Source: Stellaceae bacterium
GTDB lineage: Bacteria > Pseudomonadota > Alphaproteobacteria > ATCC43930 > CGMCC-115725
Direction of reading: 5' to 3'
Assembly: GCA_035632395.1 (NCBI GenBank)
Contig: DASQGX010000138.1
Coordinates: forward strand, 1-42,995
DNA length: 42,995 nucleotides
Below, piece after piece: positions 8,918 to 17,002 of this stretch. The notes under the pieces are model-generated. The model made no database searches. It saw nothing but the letters and a program-made list of their open reading frames with translations, and was not told the origin of the DNA. The translations under genes were made by a program, and so were the position numbers. How positions within the stretch are numbered: the first letter of the stretch is position 1; every line of letters begins with the position of its first letter.

Positions 8918-9853
8918 ATGGACGCAATTATCGGCAAGCCCGGCAAAGGACCGGCGCCCGGCGGCGCAGTTGACGCCGCGATCAAGGACGGCTCGACCGC
9001 CACGTTCATGACCGACGTCATCGACGCCTCGGCCCAGGCGGCAATCGTCGTCGACTTCTGGGCGCCATGGTGCGGCCCATGCAAGCAGCTCGGCCCGGCG
9101 CTCGAAAAAGCGGTGAAGGACTCGAAGGGCGCGGTGCGCCTGGTCAAGATCAACGTCGACGAGAATCCCGAACTGGCGCAGCAGATGCGCATCCAGTCGA
9201 TCCCGGCGGTCTATGCTTTCAAGGACGGCCGACCGGTCGACGGTTTCGTCGGCGCCCTGCCCGAAGCGCAAGTGAAGCAATTCGTCCAGCGCCTGGCGGC
9301 GCTCGCCGGCGGCGAAGCCCCTTCACCCATCGCCGATGCGCTGGCGCTCGCCAAGGAAGCAAATACCGCCGGCGACACGGCACGCGCCGTCAACATCTGG
9401 ACCCAGGTGCTGCAGCACGAGCCGGAGAACGTCGATGCGCTGATCGGTCTGGCGCGTGCCGCGCTGGCCAAGAAGGACATCGCCGGCGCCAAGGCGTTGC
9501 TCGAGCGCGTGTCTGCCGACCAGGCGAACCACGCCGATGTCGCAGCAGCCAAGACGGCGCTCGAACTCGCCGAAACCGGGCAGAAAGCGGCCGGTGAGAT
9601 CGGCAAACTCGAAGCCCGGCTCGCCGCCGATGCCAAGGACCATCAGGCGCGGCTCGATCTCGCCGTGGCGCTCTTCGCCGCCGGCGAGCGCGAGAAAGCG
9701 ATCGACCAGCTGTTCGAGATCATCAAGCGCGATCGCGCCTGGAACGAAGAAGCGGCCCGCCGGCAGCTGCTGAAATTCTTCGAGGCGATCGGCCTCGCCG
9801 ATCCGCTTACGGTGGCCGCCCGCCGCCGGCTTTCGGCGATCTTGTTCGCATGA
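8918..9853 (+). CDS. Thioredoxin-domain plus TPR co-chaperone (YbbN/CnoX-like)
   Basis: VVDFWAPWCGPCKQL thioredoxin motif with an alpha-helical TPR-like C-terminal half. The track ORF (from 8540) overlaps the MFS gene, so I re-set the start to the ATG at 8918. Confidence 0.85.
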   Translation: MDAIIGKPGKGPAPGGAVDAAIKDGSTATFMTDVIDASAQAAIVVDFWAPWCGPCKQLGPALEKAVKDSKGAVRLVKINVDENPELAQQMRIQSIPAVYAFKDGRPVDGFVGALPEAQVKQFVQRLAALAGGEAPSPIADALALAKEANTAGDTARAVNIWTQVLQHEPENVDALIGLARAALAKKDIAGAKALLERVSADQANHADVAAAKTALELAETGQKAAGEIGKLEARLAADAKDHQARLDLAVALFAAGEREKAIDQLFEIIKRDRAWNEEAARRQLLKFFEAIGLADPLTVAARRRLSAILFA

Positions 9854-10497
9854 CCGATCCGGCGCCCACACTGCCCGATCGCCTGGTGCTGTTTCCGCTC
9901 ACCGGCGCGCTGCTCCTGCCCGGCGGGGTGCTCCCGCTCAACATCTTCGAGCCGCGCTATCTGGCGATGACGGACGTCGCGCTCGGTGAAGGCCGCATGA
10001 TCGGCATGATCCAGCCGCTCGAAGGCAAGGGCGACGCTGGCGATCCGCCGACCTATAAGACGGGCTGCGCCGGCCGCATCATCGAATTCCGCGAAAGCGG
10101 CGACGGCCGTTATCTCATCAACCTCGAAGGCGTATCGCGCTTCGATGTCGCCGAGGAACTACCCAGGACGGAGCTCTTCCGCCGCGTCCGGCCCGACTGG
10201 TCGCGCTATGCCGGCGACGCCGACGAGGTCGAGCTGCCGGGCTTCGACGCCGCGCGGCTGGTTGAGAAACTGACACCGTTTCTGCGCCGTCACCGTATAA
10301 AGGCGGATCTTTCCGCTGCCAATTCGGTGCCGGCAGTGCGTCTGGTCGATGCCGTGGCGATGATGGGACCATTTGCGCCGGCCGAGAAGCAGGCGCTGCT
10401 CGAAGCCGCTCCCGCTGAGCGCGCGCGCCTGTTGACCAAGCTTGTCGATATGGCGCTGTTGGCGTCGGCGTCCGAAATTGCCACGGCGCGACATTGA
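9850..10497 (+). CDS. LON peptidase substrate-binding (LonN) domain protein
   Basis: [29 protein letters not shown] is the typical Lon N-terminal domain opening. ATGA start/stop overlap with the upstream gene. Confidence 0.85.
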   Translation: MTDPAPTLPDRLVLFPLTGALLLPGGVLPLNIFEPRYLAMTDVALGEGRMIGMIQPLEGKGDAGDPPTYKTGCAGRIIEFRESGDGRYLINLEGVSRFDVAEELPRTELFRRVRPDWSRYAGDADEVELPGFDAARLVEKLTPFLRRHRIKADLSAANSVPAVRLVDAVAMMGPFAPAEKQALLEAAPAERARLLTKLVDMALLASASEIATARH

Positions 10498-10499
10498 GC

Positions 10500-10718
10500 A
10501 TGGCCATGGCCGACATCGATCCGCAACTTCTCGAGATTCTGGTCTGTCCGTTGACCAAAGGGCCGCTGGTCTACGACCGCGCCGCGCAGGAGCTTTTGAG
10601 CGCGGAGGCTGGCCTCGCGTATCCGATCCGCGACGGCATTCCGATCATGCTCGCCGATGAAGCGCGGCCGCTGCGAGACGAAGAAAAAGCGCGCCTCAAA
10701 ACCAAACCGCAGCCGTGA
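10500..10718 (+). CDS. Trm112 family protein
   Basis: [14 protein letters not shown]...[17 protein letters not shown]. Start is ambiguous between TTG 10494, ATG 10500 and ATG 10506. Confidence 0.8.
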   Translation: MAMADIDPQLLEILVCPLTKGPLVYDRAAQELLSAEAGLAYPIRDGIPIMLADEARPLRDEEKARLKTKPQP

Positions 10719-11089
10719 ACGCATCGCCCTGGCCGGTTGAAATCCGCCTCAAGCCGGCGGACAAAGTGCTCGAAGTCGATTTCGACAGCGGCGAAACCTT
10801 TCGCCTGCCGGCGGAGTATCTGCGCGTCGAAAGCCCGTCGGCCGAAGTCCAGGGTCATTCACCGAACCAGAAGCAGATCGTCGCCGGCCGTCGCCACGTC
10901 GGTATTCTTGCGATCGAGCCGGTCGGGAATTACGCGATCCGCATCAAATTCGACGACCTGCACGACACCGGCATCTATTCGTGGACTTATCTCTACGAAC
11001 TCGGCCGCGCACAGGACAAAAAATGGCGTGCCTATCTCGCCGAACTCGACGAGCGGGGCCTGTCGCGCGAGCCGCGGCGCCACGGCTGA
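10715..11089 (+). CDS. DUF971 (gamma-butyrobetaine hydroxylase-like N-terminal) domain protein
   Basis: [26 protein letters not shown]...[31 protein letters not shown] overlap with the Trm112 gene. Confidence 0.75.
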   Translation: MNASPWPVEIRLKPADKVLEVDFDSGETFRLPAEYLRVESPSAEVQGHSPNQKQIVAGRRHVGILAIEPVGNYAIRIKFDDLHDTGIYSWTYLYELGRAQDKKWRAYLAELDERGLSREPRRHG

Positions 11090-11174
11090 GCCCTATCGCC
11101 GCCACAATTGATTTAGATCATCTCCGAATCCTGCCACGCCGTTCATAACTAGCTATCATCCGGAGCCTGTCCGT

Positions 11175-11720
11175 ATGCGTGCTGCCACCTATTCGCCTGT
11201 CGCCAAATCTTTGCACTGGCTCGTCGTCATCTTGATTGTGGCGCAGCTCGCGCTCGGTTGGCTGATGCCGGGCGCAAAGCGCACGACGCCGCCGGACGTC
11301 CTCAACAACTGGCACATGTCGATCGGCGTCATCATCCTGGCGGCGATCGTCATCCGCGCGCTATGGCGGCTATTCGCCGGCACGCCAACACCGGAGCCGG
11401 GACCGCGCTGGCAAATCGCCGCCGCCGAGGCGACGCATGTGATCCTTTATCTGCTGGTATTCGCGTTGCTGCTTAGCGGCTGGGCCGATGCCGTCGCGCA
11501 TAATTGGGTGATCACGCTGTTTTGGACTGTGAAATTACCGTCCGTGCTGCCGGCCGGCGCCGGCTGGGTACGCGCCGTCGGCGAACTCCATTCCGATATC
11601 GTCTGGGTCCTGCTCGGCCTGGTCGGGATGCACGTCGCGGCGGCGCTCGGCCACCATTTCATTCTCGGCGACAACGTGCTGCGCCGCATGCTGCCGGCAC
11701 GGACCGACGACCGCTCCTAG
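11175..11720 (+). CDS. Cytochrome b561 family (CybB-like) membrane protein
   Basis: YSPVAKSLHWLVVILIVAQLALGW and HMSIGVIIL, four TM helices with conserved His residues, and a C-terminal HHFILGDNVLRRML. Confidence 0.8.
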   Translation: MRAATYSPVAKSLHWLVVILIVAQLALGWLMPGAKRTTPPDVLNNWHMSIGVIILAAIVIRALWRLFAGTPTPEPGPRWQIAAAEATHVILYLLVFALLLSGWADAVAHNWVITLFWTVKLPSVLPAGAGWVRAVGELHSDIVWVLLGLVGMHVAAALGHHFILGDNVLRRMLPARTDDRS

Positions 11721-12940
11721 AGTCGCTCGCCGCGCACCAGCCGCGGCAGGTTGCCGCCGGCGCCCATGGCATGGCGCATCAGCGCCTTTTTCAACCGCGG
11801 CATGCGGTTGACCGCAGCCAAACCTAGATCACGCACCAGACCGACGCTTTTCAGATCGTTGGAAAAAAGCCGCGTCAGGCCGTCGGTGACGGCGGCGAGC
11901 GTCACCGCATCGAGACGCCGCCAACCTTCGTAGCGTGCCAGGAGATCGGCGGCGCCGACATCGAGGCCGAGCCGCCGCGCGTCCACCGTCAACTCGGCCA
12001 AGCTGGCGACGTCGCGCAAACTCAGGTTGAGCCCCTGGCCGGCGATCGGATGGATCGCGTGCGCCGCCTCGCCGACCAGCGCCAGCCGCGGCGCGGAATA
12101 GCGCTCGGCATGCAGGAACGACAGCGGATAGGACCAAACCGGTCCAGCGAGCGTGACTGCACCAAGGAAATCGCCGAAGCGGCGTTGCAGCTCGGCGGCG
12201 AACCGCTGTTTCGGCAAATCCAAGAGCTGTGGCGCGCGCTCGCGGCTTTCGGTCCAGACGATGGACGACCGATCGCCTGTCATCGGCAGGATCGCGAACG
12301 GACCGGACGGCCGGAAATGCTCGACCGCGACGCCGCGGTGCGGCTTTTCGTGCGCCACGCAGGCGACAATCGCGGTCTGGCGGTAATCCCAAGTCAGCGA
12401 CTTGATGCCGGCGTCTTGGCGCAACTTCGAATTCCGGCCGTCACAGGCGGCGACAAGACCGGCCTTGAGGCGCGATCCGTCGTCGAATTCGACCAGCGCC
12501 GCCGCACCGATGTCGCTCACACGTGCGACGCCAGCGGGCGCGATGTATTGCAGGTTGCGAAAGCTGCGCGCGCGCTCGTACAGCACGCGGCGCAGCAGGC
12601 CGTTCTCGACGATGAAGCCGAGCGGCTGATCGCCAATATCGGCGTGGTCGTAATGCAGGAAGAACGGCGAGCCGCCGTCGGCGACGCGGATCTCGAGAAT
12701 GGCGCCGGCGTGCGGTGCCAGCGCGTCCCAGACGCCGAGACCGGCCATCACCTGCTTCGAGCCATGCGCCAAGGCCGTGGTGCGCCCGTCGAACTTCGGC
12801 GCCAGCATGGTAGCGAGCGCGACACGGTCGATCAGCGCGACCTCGAGCCCACCGGCGGCGCAGGCGAGCGCCAGGGTGACGCCGGCCAGGCCGCCGCCGA
12901 CCACGGCGATTTCGACACGCGTCTCCGCCTTTGGCGCCAT
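11717..12940 (-). CDS. UbiH/UbiF/VisC/COQ6 family FAD-dependent ubiquinone-biosynthesis hydroxylase
   Basis: IAVVGGGLAGVTLALA (GxGxxG) and LVGEAAHAIHPIAGQGLNLSLRD. I moved the start from 13033 to the ATG at 12940 (MAPKAETRVEIAVVGGG). Its stop overlaps the cytochrome b561 stop within CTAG. Confidence 0.85.
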   Translation of the reverse strand: MAPKAETRVEIAVVGGGLAGVTLALACAAGGLEVALIDRVALATMLAPKFDGRTTALAHGSKQVMAGLGVWDALAPHAGAILEIRVADGGSPFFLHYDHADIGDQPLGFIVENGLLRRVLYERARSFRNLQYIAPAGVARVSDIGAAALVEFDDGSRLKAGLVAACDGRNSKLRQDAGIKSLTWDYRQTAIVACVAHEKPHRGVAVEHFRPSGPFAILPMTGDRSSIVWTESRERAPQLLDLPKQRFAAELQRRFGDFLGAVTLAGPVWSYPLSFLHAERYSAPRLALVGEAAHAIHPIAGQGLNLSLRDVASLAELTVDARRLGLDVGAADLLARYEGWRRLDAVTLAAVTDGLTRLFSNDLKSVGLVRDLGLAAVNRMPRLKKALMRHAMGAGGNLPRLVRGERL

Positions 12941-13001
12941 GGCGCGACAATGGCGGGGAAGCCACGCGCTGTCCAGGTGCGGCGGCGCCGCCGAGAAACG
13001 C

Positions 13002-13038
13002 AAAAAAATACCGGGGTGGGACCATCGCCCCACCCCGG
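13002..13038 (-). terminator. Rho-independent terminator of the amt gene
   Basis: On the minus strand: CCGGGGTGGG-8 nt loop-CCCACCCCGG, followed by TATTTTTTTG. It lies 22 nt after the stop. Confidence 0.75.
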
Positions 13039-13059
13039 TTCACTTGATCAATCGGTCGG

Positions 13060-14382
13060 CTATTCGCCTTCCGTGCCGATGGCGTAGGCAGTTTCGCCGT
13101 GCACCGCGTCGTCGCCCACCTTCAAAGTCGCGTCGTCCATGCGCAACGGCGTCACGAACGAGATGACTTTGAGGATGATGAACGTGGCGATGACGTTGTA
13201 GGCGATGATGAAGGCCGCGCCGTAGATCTGAAGCACGAATTGATGGATATCGCCGGTGTAGAACAGGCCGCTGATGCTGACGCCCGGCGCATCCTTGTCG
13301 GTGCCGATATATTGCAGCATCGCCGGATTGGCGAGGAGACCGGTCAACAGCCCGCCGGTGAGGCCGGCGACGCCGTGCGTCGAGAAGACGCTCAGCGTAT
13401 CGTCCACCCGCATCATCAGCTTCGTCTTCTGCAGCTTGTTCATCGCCAGCCACGGAATGATGCCGGCGCAGATGCCGATGACGATGGCGCCCAAGCCGTC
13501 GACGTAACCGGCGGCGGGCGTGATCGCTACCAAGCCGGCGATCATGCCGTTGACCGCACCGATGACGGACGGCTTGCCGTAAGCCATCTTGTCCATCAGC
13601 GTCCAAACCAGCAGACCGACGGCGGTCGCCGTGTTGGTGTTGAGCACCGCGGCGCCCGCGTCGGCATTGGCGAAGTACGGATCGCCGCCGTTGAAGCCGT
13701 TCCAGCCGATCCACAGGATGCCGGCGCCGACCAGGGTCACCAGCAGGCTATTGGGCGGGAAGCTCTCGCGGTCCTGCTTCAGCCGCGGACCGACCATCGC
13801 GGCGGCGACGAAGCCGGACGAGGCCGCCGCAAGATGGATGACGTATCCGCCCGAGAAGTCGGCCACGCCCATGCTCGCCAGCCAGCCGCCGCCCCACAGG
13901 CTGAACGCGCCCACGGTGTAGACAAAAGTCATCCACAGCGGACAGAACAGCACCCAGGCGCAGAAGCTCATGCGGCCCAAAACCGAGCCGGCAAGGATGA
14001 TCACCGTGATCGCGGCGAACACGAACTGGAAATACATCAGCGTCGACATCGGGAACGCCAACGGCGGCATGCCCGATGCGGCGGCGGGAATCGTCGCCTG
14101 GCCTAAGGTGAAGCCGGCGGAGATCGCGAGGCTCGGCGTACCGAGGAACGGCAGCCATTGCGGCCCGAACGCCATGTTGTAGGCGAACAGGACCCAGACG
14201 ACGAGCACCGAGGCAAAGGCGTACATCGACATGAAGGCGGAGTTGATCGCCCACTTCTTCTTGACGATACCGCCATAGAGCACCACCAGGCCGGGAATGC
14301 TCTGCAAGCCGACGAAAGTCGCGGCGGCCAATTGCCATGCATTGTCGCCGGTATCCAACCATTTGGGTGACGGAACGAGCAT
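13060..14382 (-). CDS. amt: Ammonium transporter (Amt/MEP/Rh family), paralogue 1
   Basis: DNAWQLAAATFVGLQSIPGLVVLYGG, DFSGGYVIHLAAASSGF, WIGWNGFNGG, FSTHGVAGLTGGLLTG, and a C-terminal GDDAVHGETAY. Confidence 0.9.
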   Translation of the reverse strand: MLVPSPKWLDTGDNAWQLAAATFVGLQSIPGLVVLYGGIVKKKWAINSAFMSMYAFASVLVVWVLFAYNMAFGPQWLPFLGTPSLAISAGFTLGQATIPAAASGMPPLAFPMSTLMYFQFVFAAITVIILAGSVLGRMSFCAWVLFCPLWMTFVYTVGAFSLWGGGWLASMGVADFSGGYVIHLAAASSGFVAAAMVGPRLKQDRESFPPNSLLVTLVGAGILWIGWNGFNGGDPYFANADAGAAVLNTNTATAVGLLVWTLMDKMAYGKPSVIGAVNGMIAGLVAITPAAGYVDGLGAIVIGICAGIIPWLAMNKLQKTKLMMRVDDTLSVFSTHGVAGLTGGLLTGLLANPAMLQYIGTDKDAPGVSISGLFYTGDIHQFVLQIYGAAFIIAYNVIATFIILKVISFVTPLRMDDATLKVGDDAVHGETAYAIGTEGE

Positions 14383-14446
14383 CGAAGACCCCCCTGTTGG
14401 GTTGCGAGGCAGCAGGAAACTTTTGGGGCACGGTCAACCGGGCCCG

Positions 14447-14465
14447 GGTGACCGCACGGGTCACC
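14447..14465 (-). promoter_or_regulatory. Perfect 7-bp inverted repeat just downstream of the sigma-54 promoter (operator or 5'-UTR hairpin)
   Basis: GGTGACC-GCACG-GGTCACC, located between the promoter (14481-14495) and the amt start (14382). Confidence 0.4.
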
Positions 14466-14480
14466 GCCGTCCCAGCAGAG

Positions 14481-14495
14481 GCAACCCGCGTGCCA
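14481..14495 (-). promoter_or_regulatory. Sigma-54 (RpoN) -24/-12 promoter for amt
   Basis: The minus strand reads TGGCAC-GCGGG-TTGC, a perfect match to TGGCAC-N5-TTGC, about 100 nt upstream of the amt start codon. Confidence 0.65.
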
Positions 14496-14718
14496 ATGGC
14501 GCGGCGCCGCCGATTCACGGCGGTCGACTTCCGTGTCGCCGCCAGCGCATGGTCAAACGTGCGCGCTCTGACCATAAAAACGGCAGCCTGCGCACGGATC
14601 GGGCACCGTGGCATCGCCGCGGACGCGTACAGCCCGGTCGCCCGGCCGTGGCCCGCGGCGTGCTTTGCACGGCAGCGGGATTTGGCTATGGATCGAATCC
14701 GTCGAAAGAGGGGCAGCC

Positions 14719-15051
14719 ATGTTCACCCGCCGGCACGTCGGACCGCTCGCCGGGCTGGCTGTCGGCCTGCTGGGGTTTGCCGCTGCGGCCGCGGCGCAGC
14801 CGGCCGCTACCGTCATGCGCTGCACCAATCCGGCCAGCGGCGCGACCTGGCAGATCCATATCGATTTCGCGCAGGGTACTGTCGACGCCAACGCTGCCCG
14901 GATCAGCGACGACGAGATCGCTTGGCACGACGCCGAGGACGGCGGTAATTACACGCTCGACCGCAAGACCGGCAAGCTGACCGTGATCGTCGCGTCCAGC
15001 ACCGGCGGCTATTTTCTCCATGATCGCTGCACGCCCGACAAAGCCGACTGA
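14719..15051 (+). CDS. Small secreted protein of unknown function (110 aa, signal peptide, two Cys)
   Basis: MFTRRHVGPLAGLAVGLLGFAAAAAAQP is signal-peptide-like. GAAAGAGGGG lies upstream of the ATG. The gene sits 26 nt upstream of the PP2C-kinase gene. I re-set the track start from 14608. Confidence 0.6.
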   Translation: MFTRRHVGPLAGLAVGLLGFAAAAAAQPAATVMRCTNPASGATWQIHIDFAQGTVDANAARISDDEIAWHDAEDGGNYTLDRKTGKLTVIVASSTGGYFLHDRCTPDKAD

Positions 15052-15077
15052 CGCGGCGCAGCGGCGCAGAGGCGGCG

Positions 15078-16784
15078 ATGGCTGAGCGCGTCGCGGGCGT
15101 CGAGGCCAGCGTCGGTTTCAGTTCCGAAACCGGGCCGCGGCCGCGCAACGAGGATTTCGCCGGCGTCGTCTTCGGCGCCGAGCTGCCGGTGCCGCGCCGC
15201 GACGTGGTCGCGGCGATCTCCGACGGTATCGGTGGCGCCAAAGGCGGCCGCGTCGCCGCCGAAATCGCCGTACGCGGTTTCCTCGACGGCTTTTGCGATC
15301 TGCCCGAAACCATGGAAGTGCGCCGCGCGGCGGCGCGGATCGTCGACTCGCTCAACAGCTGGTTATTTGCGCAGGCGCGCCACGATCCCGAGCTGACGCG
15401 CATGGGTTGCACCTTCACCGCCTTGGTGCTGCGCGGCCGTGTCGTTCACGTCCTGCATGCCGGCGACAGCCGCGCTTACCGGCTCCGCGGTGACCGCTTG
15501 GTGCGGCTCACCGCCGATCACGTGCGCGACGACGGCAGCGGCCGCTCGCATATCCTGACCCGTGCGCTCGGTGTTGAGACCGAGGTGCGTCTCGATTACG
15601 CCAGCCAGCCAGTGGCGCTGCACGATCGGTTTCTCTTGTGCAGCGACGGCGTGCACGGCGCGCTGAGTGAGGACGGCATCGCCGACATCCTGCGCGAGCG
15701 CTCGGCGCCGGGTGATACGGCGCGGGCGCTGGTTGCTGCGGCGTTGCAGGCCGGCAGCGGTGACAATTGCACCGCTTTGGTGCTCGACGTCGTCCGCTTG
15801 CCGAGCGCAGATTCGGCCGATATCGGCGCGCCAATCCTGCAGCTGCCGCTGATCCCGGTGCCGGTTACGGGCGAGACGGTCGACGGTTTCGTGCTCAAAG
15901 CGCTGGTGTCCGAAGGCCGCTATAGCCGCCTGTTCGGCGCGGTCGATGAGATCGACGGCGGCGAAGTGGTGCTGAAATTCCCCAAGCCGCAAGTCGCCGA
16001 GGTGGCAACCTACCGCGCCGCCTTCATCCGCGAGGCCTGGGTCGGCGCTCGCGTCAACAGCCCATGGGTCGGCCGCGTCATCGAACTGCCGCCAGGGCGC
16101 CAAACCTGTCTCTACACCGTCATGCCGCTTTATCAGGGCGAGCTGCTGGAGACGCGCTTGGCGCGGCCGCCGGCGCTCGGCCTCGAGGAAGGCCGCGCGA
16201 TCGCCGCCAAGCTGGCGCAGGGTGCGGCGGCGCTGCACCGCGCCGGAATCATCCATCGCGACATCAAGCCCGATAATGTCATTCTCGAAGCCGGCGGCGC
16301 GCTCAAGCTGATCGATCTCGGCGTGGTGCGCATTCCCGGCCTGGAAGATTTTCCGCCCTCGGATATCCCTGGCACTGCCGCCTACATGGCGCCCGAGATG
16401 TTCGCCGGCGAAGCCGGCAACGTCGCGACCGACATCTATGCCCTCGGCGTCACCCTCTTCCGCGCCTTCACCGGCGAATTCCCGTACGGCAACGCCGACG
16501 CGACCAGCCCGCCACGCCGCGACCGGCCAAAGGAGCTTACGACGCTGCGGCCGGATTTGCCGGCGTGGCTGCAAGCGGCGCTCAGCCGCGCTATCGCCCG
16601 CGATCCCGTGGAGCGGTTTCGGGACATGAGCGAATTCGCCGGCGAGATGGAGGCGGGTCCGGTGCGGCTGGCAACGCCGGTCCGCCGGCCGCAAACCTTA
16701 CTCGAGCGCGCGCCGGTGCGGTTCTGGCAAGGCGTTGCCGTGATCCTTGGGTTGGCGTTGCTGGCGGCCTTGGCCCTGCGCTAA
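15078..16784 (+). CDS. Fused PP2C-type Ser/Thr phosphatase and Hanks-type Ser/Thr protein kinase with a C-terminal TM anchor
   Basis: PP2C motifs: NEDF, SDGIGG, GDSRAY, CSDGV, GDNCT. Kinase motifs: VVLKFPK, HRDIKPDNVIL, DLG, TAAYMAPE. The C-terminal hydrophobic helix is FWQGVAVILGLALLAALAL. Confidence 0.9.
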   Translation: MAERVAGVEASVGFSSETGPRPRNEDFAGVVFGAELPVPRRDVVAAISDGIGGAKGGRVAAEIAVRGFLDGFCDLPETMEVRRAAARIVDSLNSWLFAQARHDPELTRMGCTFTALVLRGRVVHVLHAGDSRAYRLRGDRLVRLTADHVRDDGSGRSHILTRALGVETEVRLDYASQPVALHDRFLLCSDGVHGALSEDGIADILRERSAPGDTARALVAAALQAGSGDNCTALVLDVVRLPSADSADIGAPILQLPLIPVPVTGETVDGFVLKALVSEGRYSRLFGAVDEIDGGEVVLKFPKPQVAEVATYRAAFIREAWVGARVNSPWVGRVIELPPGRQTCLYTVMPLYQGELLETRLARPPALGLEEGRAIAAKLAQGAAALHRAGIIHRDIKPDNVILEAGGALKLIDLGVVRIPGLEDFPPSDIPGTAAYMAPEMFAGEAGNVATDIYALGVTLFRAFTGEFPYGNADATSPPRRDRPKELTTLRPDLPAWLQAALSRAIARDPVERFRDMSEFAGEMEAGPVRLATPVRRPQTLLERAPVRFWQGVAVILGLALLAALALR

Positions 16785-16849
16785 CCGCGCAAATCCTGAA
16801 GCGGAATCACACTGCCTAAAATTTAATCAGCGTCAATAATGCTGACTAA

Positions 16850-16902
16850 GAATCCGGCAGCTTTTGCTTATCCACAGGGCAAATCGCCTGGAATCCGGCG
16901 GC
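16850..16902 (+). repeat. Direct repeat GAATCCGGC(A/G)GC x2, 41 bp apart, upstream of the amtB promoter candidate
   Basis: Copies at 16850-16861 and 16891-16902. Each is followed by a CTTTTGC / CTTTGC element. Confidence 0.3.
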
Positions 16903-16920
16903 CGATGCGGCTTTGCAGGA

Positions 16921-16935
16921 TGGCACGAATCTTGA
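16921..16935 (+). promoter_or_regulatory. Candidate sigma-54 promoter for amtB (imperfect -12 element)
   Basis: TGGCAC-GAATC-TTGA. The -24 element is perfect, and the -12 element is TTGA rather than TTGC. It lies 68 nt upstream of the ATG at 17003. Confidence 0.35.
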
Positions 16936-17002
16936 GTTCGGAAAGGCGGCCCACCCGCTTGGGGGGAGCCGTGCTTTGGCCCATCGGGAAAGGTTTCACC
17001 CT

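Noticed and set aside
11717-11720. Overlapping convergent stop codons (CTAG) of the cytochrome b561 and ubiH-family genes, and the 9-nt convergent overlap of the GT2 and permease genes at 32501-32509.
   Set aside because: This is common compaction in dense genomes. There is no evidence of functional significance.
14500-14700. NtrC enhancer sites upstream of the amt sigma-54 promoter (e.g. CGTGC-TTT-GCACG near 14657, GCACCGTGGC near 14603).
   Set aside because: None matches the GCAC-N-GTGC dyad spacing of NtrC sites as I recall it, so I cannot support a call without a matrix scan.
15363-16694. A 443-aa minus-strand ORF opposite the PP2C-kinase gene.
   Set aside because: The plus frame contains full PP2C and kinase motif sets. 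The minus product is Arg/Ala-rich with no motifs.
16855-16867. A second sigma-54-like sequence, CGGCAGCTTTTGC, upstream of amtB.
   Set aside because: The GG-to-GC spacing is 2 nt too short, and the -24 element reads CGGCAG rather than TGGCAC.
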